Assembly (NCBI RefSeq): GCF_009914755.1
Contig: NC_060945.1
Source: the human T2T-CHM13v2.0 reference genome, Homo sapiens
DNA: 64,000 nt
Direction: 5' to 3' (one strand)
The notes beneath the pieces are model-generated. The model saw only the letters and a program-made list of their open reading frames with translations, was not told the DNA's origin and ran no database searches. Positions 27,301-42,600 of this stretch are shown here, in pieces; the stretch's first letter is position 1; each line of letters opens with the position of its first letter. Made by a program: the position numbers and the translations under genes.

Positions 27301-30300
27301 GTGATGCAACTGTAGCCTAGGCTTTGCCTACAGGGGACATTGTGACATATCGCTTCAATGATCACCCATGTGATGCAACTCTTGCCTAGGCTTTGCCTAC
27401 AGGGGACATTGTGACATATCTCAGCACTGATGTCCCAGGTGCTGTAACATTAGTCTAGACTCTGGCTACACGGCATTGTGACATATCACTGCACTGATCA
27501 ACCAGGTGATATAACTCTTGTCTAGGCTCTGCCTACAGGGGGCTTGTGACATATCCCTGCAATGATCACCCAGGTGATCTAACTCTTGTTTAAGCTCTGC
27601 CTAAAGGGGCATTGTGACAGATCTCTGCACTGATCACTCAGGTGATGTAACTATTGTCTAGGCTCTGCTTAAAGGGGCCTTGTCACATACCTCTGCACTG
27701 ATCACCCAGGTGATGTAACTCTTGTCTAGACTCTGCTTTCACGGCATATTGTGACATATCCATGCGCTGATCACCTTAGTGATGTAACACTTCTGTAGGC
27801 TCGGCCTACAGGGGAATATTGACATATCTCTGCACTGTTAACCGAGGTGATTTAACTCTTGTCTAGGCTGTGCCCACAGGGGGATTGAGACATGTCTCTG
27901 CACTGATCCCGAGGTGATCCAACTGTTGCCTGGTCTCTGCCTACTGGGGACATTGTGACATATCTCTGCACTGATCTCCCAGGTGCTGTAACTTTAGTCT
28001 AGGCTCTGGCTACACGGCATTGTGACATATCACTGCACTGATCACCCAGGTGATATAAATCTTGTCTAGGCTCTGCCTACAATGGCCTTGTGACATATCA
28101 CTGCACTGATCACCCAGGTGATATAACTCTTCTCTAGGATCTGACCACAGGGTGCTTTGTGGCATTTCCCTGCAATGATCACCCAGGTGATATACCACTT
28201 GCCAAGGCTCTGCCTACAGGGGCATTGCAATGTATCTCTGCACTGATCACCTCGTTCTTGTAACTCTTTTCTAGGATCTGCCCACAGGGTGCCTTGTGAC
28301 GTATCCCAGCAAGGATTACCCAGGTGATGTACCTCTCATCAAGGCTCTGCCTACAGGCACATTGCGATGTATCTCTGCACTGATCACCTAGGTCATGTAA
28401 CTTTTGTCTAGGCTCTGCCTACGATGGCATTGTGACATATCTCTGCACTAATCATCCAAGTGATGTAACCCTTGTCTAGGATCTGCCTAAATTAACTTTG
28501 TGACATAACCCTGTACTGATCATCCAGGTGATGGGGCTTTTGTCTAGGCTCTGCCTTAAGGGGGCATTGTGACATATTTCTGCATTGATCACCCAGGTGG
28601 CGAACTCTTCTCTTGGATCTGCCTATGGGGGCATTGTGACAAATCTCTGCACTGATCACCCAGGTGATGTAACTGTTGTGTAACCTCTGCCTACAGGGGA
28701 ATTGGGAGAGATCTCGCCACTGATCACCCAAGTGATGTAACCATTGTCTAGGCTTTGCTTACAATGGGCTTTGTGACATACCTTTGCACTGATCACCCAG
28801 GTGATGTAACACATCTATGTTCGACCTAAAGGAGCTTTGTGACATATCTCTGCACTGATCACTTAGGTGATGGAACACTTTTATAAGCACTGCCTACAGG
28901 GAATTTTGACAAATCTCTGCACTGATCACCTAGGTGATGTAACGCTTGTCTACCCTCTGTCCAACGGGGCATTGTGAAATATCTCTGCACTGATCACCCA
29001 GGTGATTCAACTCTTGACTAGTATCTGCCTACAGAGGTTATTGTGAAATATCTCTGCACTGATAAACTAGGTGGTGTAATCCTTATCGAAGCTCTGCCTA
29101 CAGGGGCGTTTTCACATATCCCTGAAGTGATGACAAAGGTGATGTAACCTTTGCCTAGGCTTTGCCTACAGGGGATATAAGACATATATCTGCACTGATC
29201 ACCCAGGTGATGCAACTCTAGCCTAGGCTTTGCCTACAGGGGACATTGTGACATATCGCTTCAATGATCACCCATGTGATGCAACTATTGCCTAGGCTTT
29301 GCCTACAGGGGACATTGTGACATAAATCTGCACTGATCTCCCAGGTGCTGTAACATTAGTCTAGACTCTGGCTACACGGCATTGTGACATATCACTGCAC
29401 TGATCAACCAGGTGATATAACTCTTGTCTAGGCCCTGCCTACAGGGGGCTTGTGACATATCTCTGCACTGATCACCCAGGTGATATAACTCTTCTCTAGG
29501 ATCTGCCTACAGGGTGCTTTGCGACATATCCCTACAATGATCACCCAGGTGATCTAACTCTTGTTTAAGCTCTGCCTAAAGGGGCATTGTGACAGACCTC
29601 TGCACTTATCACTCAGGTGATGTAACTATTGTCTAGGCTCTGCTTAAAGGGGCCTTGTCACATACCTCTGCACTGATCACCCAGGTGATGTAACTCTTGT
29701 CTAGACTCTGTTTCACGGCATATTGTGACATATCTATGCGCTGATCACCTTAGTGATGTAACACTTGTGTAGGCTCGGCCTACAGGGGAATATTGACATA
29801 TCTCTGCACTGTTAACCGAGGTGATTTAACTCTTGTCTAGGCTGTGCCCACAGGGGGATTGAGACATGTCTCTGCACTGATCCCGAGGTGATACAACTGT
29901 TGCCTGGTCTCTGCCTACTGGGGACATTGTGACATATCTCTGCACTGATCTCCCAGGTGCTGTAACTTTAGTCTAGGCTCTGGCTACACGGCATTGTGAC
30001 ATATCACTGCACTGATCACCCAGGTGATATAAATGTTGTCTAGGCTCTGCCTACAATGGCCTTGTGACATATCTCTGCACTGATCACCCAGGTGATATAA
30101 CTCTTCTCTAGGATCTGACCACAGGGTGCTTTGTGGCATTTCCCTGCAATGATCACCCAGGTGATATACCACTTGCCAAGGCTCTGCCTACAGGGGCATT
30201 GCAATGTATCTCTGCACTGATCACCTCGGTCTTGTAACTCTTTTCTAGGATCTGCCCACAGGGTGCCTTGTGACGTATCCCAGCAAGGATTACCCAGGTG

Positions 30301-33300
30301 ATGTACCTCTCATCAAGGCTCTGCCTACAGGCACATTGCGATGTATCTCTGCACTGATCACCTAGGTCATGTAACTTTTGTCTAGGCTCTGCCTACGATG
30401 GCATTGTGACATATCTCTGCACTAATCATCCAAGTGATGTAACCCTTGTCTAGGATCTGCCTAAATTAACGATGCGACATAAACCTGTACTGATCATCCA
30501 GGTGATGGGGCTTTTGTCTAGGCTCTGCCTAAGGGGGCATTGTGACATATTTCTGCATTGATCACCCAGGTGGCAAACTCTTCTCTTGGATCTGCCTATG
30601 GTGGCATTGTGACAAATCTCTGCACTGATCACCCAGGTGATGTAACTGTTGTGTAACCTCTGCCTACAGGGGAATTGTGAGAGATCTCACCACTGATCAC
30701 CCAAGTGATGTAACCATTGTCTAGGCTTTGCGTACAGGGGGCTTTGTGACATACCTTTGCACTGATCACCCAGGTGATGTAACACATCTAAGTTCGGCCT
30801 AAAGGAGCTTTGTGACATACCTCTGCACTGATCACTTAGGTGATGGAACACTTTTATAAGCACTGCCTACAGGGAATTTTGACAAATCTCTGCACTGATC
30901 ACCTAGGTGATGTAACGCTTGTCTACCCTCTGTCCAACGGGGCATTGTGAAATATCTCTGCATTGATCACCCAGGTGATTCAACTCTTGACTAGGATCTG
31001 CCTACAGAGGTTATTGTGAAATATCTCTGCACTGATAAACTAGGTGGTGTAATCCTTATCGAAGCTCTGCCTACAGGGGCATTTTCACATATCCCTGAAG
31101 TGATGACAAAGGTGATGTAACCCTTGCCTAGGCTTTGTCTACAGGGGACATAGAACATATATCTGCACTGATCACCCAGGTGATGCAACTCTAGCCTAGG
31201 CTTTGCCTACAGGGGACATTGTGACATATCGCTTCAATGATCACCCATGTGATGCAACTCTTGCCTAGGCTTTGCCTACAGGGGACATTGTGACATATCT
31301 CTGCACTGATCTCCCAGGTGCTGTAACATTAGTCTAGGCTCTGGCTACACGGCATTGTGACATATCACTGCACTGATCAACCAGGTGATATAACTCTTGT
31401 CTAGGCCCTGTCTACAGGGGGCTTGTGACATATCTCTGCACTGATCACCCAGGTGATATAACTCTTCTCTAGGATCTGCCTACAGGGTGCTTTGCGACAT
31501 ATCCCTGCAATGATCACCCAGGTGATCTAACTCTTGTTTAAGCTCTGCCTAAAGGGGCATTGTGACAGATCTCTGCACTGATCACTCAGGTGATGTAACT
31601 ATTGTCTAGGCTCTGCTTAAAGGGGCCTTGTCACATACCTCTGTACTGATCACCCAGGTGATGTAACTCTTGTCTAGACTCTGCTTTCACGGCATATTGT
31701 GACATATCTATGCGCTGATCACCTTAGTGATGTAACACTTGTGTAGGCTCGGCCTACAGGGGAATATTGACATATCTCTGCACTGTTAACCGAGGTGATT
31801 TAAATCTTGTCTAGGCTGTGCCCACAGGGGAATTCAGACATGTCTCTGCACTGATCCCGAGGTGATCCAACTGTTGCCTGGTCTCTGCCTACTGGGGACA
31901 TTGTGACATATCTCTGCACTGATCTCCCAGGTGCTGTAACTTTAGTCTAGGCTCTGGCTACACGGCTTTGTGAGATATCATTGCACTGATCACCCAGGTG
32001 ATATAAATCTTGTCTAGGCTCTGCCTACAATGGCCTTGTGACATATCTCTGCACTGATCACCCAGGTGATATAACTCTTCTCTAGGATCTGACCACAGGG
32101 TGCTTTGTGGCATTTCCCTGCAATGATCACCCAGGTGAAATACCACTTGCCAAGGCTCTGCCTACAGGGGCATTGCAATATATCTCTGCACTGATCACCT
32201 CGGTCTTGCAACTCTTTTCTAGGATCTGCCCACAGGGTGCCTTGTGACGTATCCCAGCAAGGATTACCCAGGTGATGTACCTCTCATCAAGGCTCTGCCT
32301 ACAGGCACATTGCGATGTATCTCTGCACTGATCACCTAGGTCATGTAACTTTTGTCTAGGCTCTGCCTACGATGGCATTGTGACATATCTCTGCACTAAT
32401 CATCCAAGTGATGTAACCCTTGTCTAGGATCTGCCTAAATTAACTTTGTGACATAACCCTGTACTGATCATCCAGGTGATGGGGCTTTTGTCTAGGCTCT
32501 GCCTAAGGGGGCATTGTGACATATTTCTGCATTGATCACCCAGGTGGCGAACTCTTCTCTTGGATCTGCCTATGGGGGCATTGTGACAAATCTCTGCACT
32601 GATAACCCAGGTGATGTAACGGTTGTGTGACCTCTGCCTACAGGGGAATTGTGAGAGATCTCGCCACTGATCACCCAAGTGATGAAACCATTGTCTAGGC
32701 TTTGCGTACAGGGGGCTTTGTGACATACCTTTGCACTGATCACCCAGGTGATGTAACACATCTAAGTTCGGCCTAAAGGAGCTTTGTGACATATCTCTGC
32801 ACTGATCACTTAGGTGATGGAACACTTTTATAAGCACTGCCTACAGGGAATTTTGACAAATCTCTGCACTGATCACCTAGGTGATGTAACGCTTGTCTAC
32901 CCTCTGTCCAACGGGGCATTGTGAAATATCTGTGCACAGATCACCCAGGTGATTCAACTCTTGACTAGGATCTGCCTACAGAGGTTATTGTGAAATATCT
33001 CGGCACTGATAAACTAGGTGGTGTAATCCTTATCGAAGCTCTGCCTACAGGGGCGTTTTCACATATCCCTGAAGTGATGACAAAGGTGATGTAACTCTTG
33101 CCTAGGCTTTGCCTACAGGGGACATAGGACATATATCTGCACTGATCACCCAGGTGATGCAACTGTAGCCTAGGCTTTGCCTACAGGGGACATTGTGACA
33201 TATCGCTTCAATGATCACCCATGTGATGCAACTCTTGCCTAGGCTTTGCCTACAGGGGACATTGTGACATATCTCAGCACTGATGTCCCAGGTGCTGTAA

Positions 33301-34741
33301 CATTAGTCTAGACTCTGGCTACACGGCATTGTGACATATCACTGCACTGATCAACCAGGTGATATAACTCTTGTCTAGGCTCTGCCTACAGGGGGCTTGT
33401 GACATATCCCTGCAATGATCACCCAGGTGATCTAACTCTTGTTTAAGCTCTGCCTAAAGGGGCATTGTGACAGACCTCTGCACTGATCACTCAGGTGATG
33501 TAACTATTGTCTAGGCTCTGCTTAAAGGGGCCTTGTCACATACCTCTGCACTGATCACCCAAGTGATGTAACTCTTGTCTAGACTCTGTTTCACGGCATA
33601 TTGTGACATATCTATGCGCTGATCACCTTAGTGATGTAACACTTGTGTAGGCTCGGCCTACAGGGGAATATTGACATATCTCTGCACTGTTAACCGAGGT
33701 GATTTAACTCTTGTCTAGGCTGTGCCCACAGGGGGATTGAGACATGTCTCTGCACTGATCCCGAGGTGATCCAACTGTTGCCTGGTCTCTGCCTACTGGG
33801 GACATTGTGACATATCTCTGCACTGATCTCCCAGGTGCTGTAACTTTAGTCTAGGCTCTGGCTACACGGCATTGTGACATATCACTGCACTGATCACCCA
33901 GGTGATATAAATCTTGTCTAGGCTCTGCCTACAATGGCCTTGTGACATATCTCTGCACTGATCACCCAGGTGATATAACTATTCTCTAGGATCTGACCAC
34001 AGGGTGCTTTGTGGCATTTCCCTGCAATGATCACCCAGGTGATATACCACTTGCCAAGGCTCTGCCTACAGGGGCATTGCAATGTATCTCTGCACTGATC
34101 ACCTCGGTCTTGTAACTCTTTTCTAGGATCTGCCCACAGGGTGCCTTGTGACGTATCCCAGCAAGGATTACCCAGGTGATGTACCTCTCATCAAGGCTCT
34201 GCCTACAGGCACATTGCGATGTATCTCTGCTCTGATCACCTAAGTCATGTAACTTTTGTCTAGGCTCTGCCTACGATGGCATTGTGACAAATCTCTGCAC
34301 TAATCATCCAAGTGATGTAACACTTGTCTAGGATCTGCCTAAAGTAACTTTGTGACATAACCCTGTACTGATCATCCAGGTGATGCGGCTTTTGTCTAGG
34401 CTCTGCTTAAGGGGGCATTGTGACATATTTCTGCATTGATCACCCAGGTGGCGAACTCTTCTCTTGGATCTGCCTATGGGGGCATTGTGACAAATCTCTG
34501 CACTGATCACCCAGGTGATGTAACTGTTGTGTAACCTCTGCCTACAGGGGAATTGTGTGAGATCTCGCCACTGATCACCCAAGTGATGTAACCATTGTCT
34601 AGGCTTTGCGTATAGGGGGCTTTGTGACATACCTTTGCACTGATCACCCAGGTGATGTAACACATCTAAGTTCGGCCTAAAGGAGCTTTGTGACATATCT
34701 CTGCACTGATCACTTAGGTGATGGAACACTTTTATAAGCAC

Positions 34742-36646
34742 TGCCTACAGGGAATTTTGACAAATCTCTGCACTGATCACCTAGGTGATGTAACGCTTGT
34801 CTACCCTCTGTCCAACGGGGCATTGTGAAATATCTCTGCACTGATCACCCAGGTGATTCAACTATTGACTAGGATCTGCCTACAGAGGTTATTGTGAAAT
34901 ATCTCTGCACTGATAAACTAGGTGGTGTAATCCTTATCGAAGCTCTGCCTGCAGGGGCGTTTTCACATATCCCTGAATTGATGACAAAGGTGATGTAACC
35001 CTTGCCTAGGCTTTGCCTACAGGGGACATAGGACATATATCTGCACTGATCACCCAGGTGATGCAACTCTAGCCTAGGCTTTGCCTACAGGGGACATTGT
35101 GACATATCTCTGCACTGATCTCCCAGGTGCTGTAACATTAGTCTAGACTCTGGCTACACGGCATTGTGACATATCACTGCACTGATCAACCAGGTGATAT
35201 AACTCTTGTCTAGGCCCTGACTACAGGGGGCTTGTGACATATCTCTGCACTGATCACCCAGGTGATATAACTCTTCTCTAGGGTCTGCCTACAGGGTGCT
35301 TTGCGACATATCCCTGCAATGATCACCCAGGTGATCTAACTCTTGTTTAAGCTCTGCCTAAAGGGGCATTGTGACAGACCTCTGCACTGATCACTCAGGT
35401 GATGTAACTATTGTCTAGGCTCTGCTTAAAGGGGCCTTGTCACATACCTCTGCACTGATAACCCAGGTGATGTAACTCTTGTCTAGCCTCTGCTTTCACG
35501 GCATATTGTGACATATCTATGCGCTGATCACCTTAGTGATGTAACACTTGTGTAGGCTCGGCCTACAGGGGAATATTGACATATCTCTGCACTGTTAACC
35601 GAGGTGATTTAACTCTTGTCTAGGCTGTGCCCACAGGGGGTTTGAGACATGTCTCTGCACTGATCCCGAGGTGATCCAACTGTTGCCTGGTCTCTGCCTA
35701 CTGGGGACATTGTGACATATCTCTGCACTGATCTCCCAGGTGCTGTAATTTTAGTCTAGGCTCTGGCTACACGGCATTGTGACATATCACTGCACTGATC
35801 ACCCAGGTGATATAAATCTTGTCTAGGCTCTGCCTACAATGACCTTGTGACATATCTCTGCACTGATCACTCAGGTGATATAACTCTTCTCTAGGATCTG
35901 ACCACAGGGTGCTTTGTGGCATTTCCCTGCAATGATCACCGAGGTGATATACCACTTGTCAGGGCTCTGCCTACAGGGGCATTGCAACGTATCTCTGCAC
36001 TGATCACCTCGGTCTTGTAACTCTTTTCTAGGATCTGCCCACAGGGTGCCTTGTGACGTATCCCAGCAAGGATTACCCAGGTGATGTACCTCTCATCAAG
36101 GCTCTGCCTACAGGCACATTGCGATGTATCTCTGCACTGATCACCTAGGTCATGTAACTTTTGTCTAGGCTCTGCCTACGATGGCATTGTGACATATCTC
36201 TGCACTAATCATCCAAGTGATGTAACCCTTGTCTAGGATCTGCCTAAATTAACTTTGTGACATAACCCTGTACTGGTCATCCAGGTGATGGGGCTTTTGT
36301 CTAGGCTCTGCCTAAGGGGGCATTGTGACTTATTTCTGCATTGATCACCCAGGTGGCGAACTCTTCTCTTGGATCTGCCTATGGGGGCATTGTGACAAAT
36401 CTCTGCACTGATCACCCAGGTGATGTAACTGTTGTGTAACCTCTGCCTACAGGGGAATTGTGAGAGATCTCGCCACTGATCACCCAAGTGACGTAACCAT
36501 TGTCTAGGCTTTGCGTACAGGGGGCTTTGTGACATACCTTTGCACTGATCACCCAGGTGATGTAACACATCTAAGTTCGGCCTAAAGGAGCTTTGTGACA
36601 TATCTCTGCACTGATCACCTAGGTGATGGAACACTTTTATAAGCAC
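34742..36646 (+). repeat. 28-mer HOR variant C (69-bp deletion of monomer 4); second copy starts at 62166
   Basis: The monomer containing ATATCGCTTCAATGATCACCCATG is missing. The junction lies in a 37-bp identity at 35072-35108 (copy at 62496-62532). Unit length 1905. Confidence 0.92.
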
Positions 36647-39600
36647 TGCCTACAGGGAATTTTGACAAATCTCTGCACTGATCACCTAGGTGATGTAACT
36701 CTTGTCTACCCTCTGTCCAACGGGGCATTGTGAAATATCTCTGCACTGATCACCCAGGTGATTCAACTCTTGACTAGGATCTGCCTACAGAGGTTATTGT
36801 GAAATATCTCTGCACTGATAAACTAGGTGGTGTAATCCTTATCGAAGCTCTGCCTACAGGGGCGTTTTCACATATCCCTGAAGTGATGACAAAGGTGATG
36901 TAACTCTTGCCTAGGCTTTGCCTACAGGGGACATAGGACATATATCTGCGCTGATCACCCAGGTGATGCAACTCTAGCCTAGGCTTTGCCTACAGGGGAC
37001 ATTGTGACATATCGCTTCAATGATCACCCATGTGATGCAACTCTTGCCTTGGCTTTGACTATAGGGGACATTGTGACATATCTCTGCACTGATCTCCCAG
37101 GTGCTGTAACATTAGTCCAGACTCTGGCTACACGGCATTGTGACATATCACTGCACTAATCAACCAGGTGACATAACTCTTGTCTAGGCCCTGCCTACAG
37201 GGGGCTTGTGACATATCTCTGCACTGATCACCCAGGTGATATAACTCTTCTCTAGGGTCTGCCTACAGGGTGCTTTGCGACATATCCCTGCAATGATCAC
37301 CCAGGTGATCTAACTCTTGTTTAAGCTCTGCCTAAAGGGGCATTGTGACAGATCTCTGCACTGATCACTCAGGTGATGTAACTATTGTCTAGGCTCTGCT
37401 TAAAGGGGCCTTGTCACATACCTCTGCACTGATCACCCAGGTGATGTAACTCTTGTCTAGCCTCTGCTTTCACGGCATATTGTGACATATCTATGCGCTG
37501 ATCACCTTAGTGATGTAACACTTGTGTAGGCTCGGCCTACAGGGGAATATTGACATATCTCTGCACTGTTAACCGAGGTGATTTAACTCTTGTCTAGGCT
37601 GTGCCCACAGGGGGATTGAGACATGTCTCTGCCATGATCCCGAGGTGATCCAACTGTTGCCTGGTCTCTGCCTACTGGGGACATTGTGACATATCTCTGC
37701 ACTGATCTCCCAGGTGCTGTAATTTTAGTCTAGGCTCTGGCTACACGGCATTGTGACATATCACTGCACTGATCACCCAGGAGAGATAAATCTTGTCTAG
37801 GCTCTGCCTACAATGGCCTTGTGACATATCTCTGCACTGATCACCCAGGTGATATAACTCTTCTCTAGGATCTGACCACAGGGTGCTTTGTGGCATTTCC
37901 CTGCAATGATCACCCAGGTGATATACCACTTGCCAAGGCTCTGCCTACAGGGGCATTGCAATGTATCTCTGCACTGATCACCTCGGTCTTGTAACTCTTT
38001 TCTAGGATCTGCCCACAGGGTGCCTTGTGACGTATCCCAGCAAGGATTACCCAGGTGATGTACCTCTCATCAAGGCTCTGCCTACAGGCACATTGCGATG
38101 TATCTCTGCACTGATCACCTAGGTCATGTAACTTTTGTCTGGGCTCTGCCTACGATGGCATTGTGACATATCTCTGCACTAATCATCCAAGTGATGTAAC
38201 CCTTGTCTAGGATCTGCCTAAATTAACTTTGTGACATAACCCTGTACTGATCATCCAGGTGATGGGGCTTTTGTCTAGGCTCTGCCTAAGGGGGCATTGT
38301 GACATATTTCTGCATTGATCACGCAGGTGGCGAACTCTTCTCTTGGATCTGCCTATGGGGGCATTGTGATAAATCTCTGCACTCATCACCCAGGTGATGT
38401 AACTGTTGTGTAACCTCTGCCTACAGGGGAATTGTGAGAGATCTCGCCACTGATCACCCAAGTGATGTAACCATTGTCTAGGCTTTGCGTACAGGGGGCT
38501 TTGTGACATACCTTTGCACTGATCACCCAGGTGATGTAACACATCTAAGTTCGGCCTAAAGGAGCTTTGTGACATATCTCTGCACTGATCACTTAGGTGA
38601 TGGAACACTTTTATAAGCACTGCCTACAGGGAATTTTGACAAATCTCTGCACTGATCACCTAGGTGATGTAATGCTTGTCTACCCTCTGTCCAACGGGGC
38701 ATTGTGAAATATCTCTGCACTGATCACCCAGGTGATTCAACTCTTGACTAGGATCTGCCTACAGAGGTTATTGTGAAATATCTCTGCACTGATAAACTAG
38801 GTGGTGTAATACTTATCGAAGCTCTGCCTACAGGTGCGTTTTCACATATCCCTGAAGTGATGACAAAGGTGATGTAACCCTTGCCTAGGCTTTGCCTACA
38901 GGGGACATAGGACATATATCTGCACTGATCACCCAGGTGATGCAACTCTAGCCTAGGCTTTGCCTACAGGGGACATTGTGACATATCGCTTCAATGATCA
39001 CCCATGTGATGCAACACTTGCCTAGGCTTTGCCTACAGGGGACATTGTGACATATCTCTGCACTGATCTACCAGGTGCTGCAACATTAATCTAGAGTCTG
39101 GCTACACGGCATTGTGACATATCACTGCACTGATCAACCAGGTGATATAACTCTTGTCTAGGTCCTGCCTACAGAGGGCTTGTGACATATCTCTGCACTG
39201 ATCACCCAGGTGATATAACTCTTCTCTAGGATCTGCCTACAGGGTGATTTGCGACATATCCCTGCAATGATAACCCAGGTGATCTAACTCTTGTTTAAGC
39301 TCTGCCTAAAGGGGCATTGTGACAGACCTGTGCACTGATCACTAAGGTGATGTAACTATTGTCTAGGCTCTGCTTAAAGGGGCCTTGTCACATACCTCTG
39401 CACTGATAACCCAGGTGATGTAACTCTTGTCTAGCCTCTGCTTTCACGGCATATTGTGACATATCCATTCGCAGATCACCTTAGTGATGTAACAGTTGTG
39501 TAGGCTCGGCCTACAGGGGAATATTGACATATCTCTGCACTGTTAACCGAGGTGATTTAACGCTTGTCTGGGCTGTGCCCACAGGGGTATTGAGACATAT

Positions 39601-42600
39601 CTCTGCACTGATCCCGAGGTGATCCAACTGTTGCCTGGTCCCTGCCTACTGGGGACATTGTGACATATCTCTGCACTGATCTCCCAGGTGCTGTAACTTT
39701 AGTCTAGGCTCTGGCTACACGGCATTGTGACATATCACTGCACTGATCACCCAGGTGATATAAATCTTGTCTAGGCTCTGCCTACAATGGCCTTGTGACA
39801 TATCTCTGCACTGATCACCCAGGTGATATAACTCTTCTCTAGGATCTGACCACAGGGTGCTTTGTGGCATTTCTCTGCAATGATCACCCAGGTGATATAC
39901 CACTTGCCAAGGCTCTGCCTACAGGGGCATTGCAATGTATCTCTGCACTGATCACCTCGGTCTTGTAACTCTTTTCTAGGATATGCCCACAGGGTGCCTT
40001 GTGACGTATCCCAGCAGGGATTATCCAGGTGATGTACCTCTCATCAAGGCTCTGCCTACAGGCACATTGCGATGTATCTCTGCACTGATCACCTAGGTCA
40101 TGTAACTTTTGTCTAGGCTCTGCCTACGATGGCATTGTGACATATCTCTGCACTAATCATCCAAGTGATGTAACCCTTGTCTAGGATCTGCCTAAATTAA
40201 CTTTGTGACATAACCCTGTACTGATCATCCAGGTGATGGGGCTTTTGTCTAGGCTCTGCCTAAGGGGGCATTGTGACATATTTCTGCATTGATCACCCAG
40301 GTGGCGAACTCTTCTCTTGGATCTGCCTATGGGGGCATTGTGACAAATCTCTGCACTGATCACCCAGGTGATGTAACTGTTGTGTAACCTCTGCCTACAG
40401 GGGAATTGTGAGAGATCTCGCCACTGATCACCCAAGTGATGTAACCATTGTCTAGGCTTTGCGTACAGGGGGCTTTGTGACATACCTTTGCACTGATCAC
40501 CCAGGTGATGTAACACATCTAAGTTCGGCCTAAAGGAGCTTTGTGACATATCTCTGCACTGATCACTTAGGTGATGGAACACTTTTATAAGCACTGCCTA
40601 CAGCGAATTTTGACAAATCTCTGCACTGATCACCTAGGTGATGTAACGCTTGTCTACCCTCTGTCCAACGGGGCATTGTGAAATATCTCTACACTGATCA
40701 CCCAGGTGATTCAACTCTTGAGTAGGATCTGCCTACAGAGGTTATTGTGAAATATCTCTGCACTGATAAACTTGGTGGTGTAATCATTACCGAAGCTGTG
40801 CCTGCAGGGGCGTTTTCACATATCCCTGAAGTGATGACAAAGGTGATGTAACTCTTGCCTAGGCTTTGCCTACAGGGGACATAGGACATATATCTGCACT
40901 GATCACCCAGGTGATGCAACACTAGCCTAGGCTTTGCCTACAGGGGACATTGTGACATATCGCTTCAATGATCACCCATGTGATGCAACTCTTGCCTAGG
41001 CTTTGCCTACAGGGGACATTGTGACATATCTCTGCACTGATCTCCCAGGTGCTGTAACATTAGTCTAGACTCTGGCTACACGGCATTGTGACATATCACT
41101 GCACTGATCAACCAGGTGTTATAACTCTTGTCTAGGCCCTGCCTACAGGGGGCTTGTGACATATCTCTGCACTGATCACCCAGGTGATATAACTCTTCTC
41201 TAGGATCTGCCTACAGGGTGCTTTGCGACATATCCCTGCAATGATCACCCAGGTGATCTAACTCTTGTTTAAGCTCTGCCTAAAGGGGCCTTGTGACAGA
41301 TCTCTGCACTGATCACTCAGGTGATGTAACTATTGTCTAGGCTCTGCTTCAAGGGGCCTTGTCACATACCTCTGCACTGATCACCCAGGTGATGTAACTC
41401 TTTTCTAGCCTCTGCTTTCACGGCATATTGTGACATATCCATGCGCTGATCACCTTAGTGATGTAACACTTGTGTAGGCTCGGCCTACAGGGGAATATTG
41501 ACATATCTCTGCACTGTTAACTGAGGTGATTTAACTCTTGTCTAGGCTGTGCCCACAGGGGGATTGAGACATGTCTCTGCACTGATCCCGAGGTGATCCA
41601 ACTGTTGCCTGGTCTCTGCCTACTGGGGACATTGTGACATATCTCTGCACTGATCTCCCAGGTGCTGTAACTTTAGTCTAGGCTCTGGCTACACGGCATT
41701 GTGACATATCACTGCACAGATCACCCAGGTGATATAAATCTTGTCTAGGCTCTGCCTACAATGGCCTTGTGACATATCTCTGCACTGATCACCCATGTGA
41801 TATAACTCTTCTCTAGGATCTGACCACAGGGTGCTTTGTGGCATTTCCCTGCAATGATCACCCAGGTGATATACCACTTGCCAAGGCTCTGCCTACAGGG
41901 GCATTGCAATGTATCTCTGCACTGATCACCTCGGTCTTGTAACTCTTTTCTAGGATCTGCCCACAGGGTGCCTTGTGACGTATCCCAGCAAGGATTACCC
42001 AGGTGATGTACCTCTCATCAAGGCTCTGCCTACAGGCACATTGCGATGTATCTCTGCACTGATCACCTAGGTCATGTAACTTTCGTCTAGGCTCTGCCTA
42101 CGATGGCATTGTGACATATCTCTGCACTAATCATCCAAGTGATGTAACCCTTGTCTAGGATCTGCCTAAATTAACTTTGTGACATAACCCTGTACTGATC
42201 ATCCAGGTGATGGGGCTTTTGTCTAGGCTCTGCCTAAGGGGGTATTGTGACATATTTCTGCATTGATCACCCAGGTGGCGAACTCTTCTCTTGGATCTGC
42301 CTATGGGGGCAATGTGACAAATCTCTGCACTGATCACCCAGGTGATGTAACTGTTGTGTAACCTCTGCCTACAGGGGAATTGTGAGAGATCTCGCCACTG
42401 ATCACCCAAGTGATGTAACCATTGTCTAAGCTTTGCGTACAGGGGGCTTTGTGACATACCTTTGCACTGATCACCCAGGTGATGTAACACATCTAAGTTC
42501 GGCCTAAAGGAGCTTTGTGACATATCTCTGCACTGATCACTTAGGTGATGGAACACTTTTATAAGCACTGCCTACAGGGAATTTTGACAAATCTCTGCAC

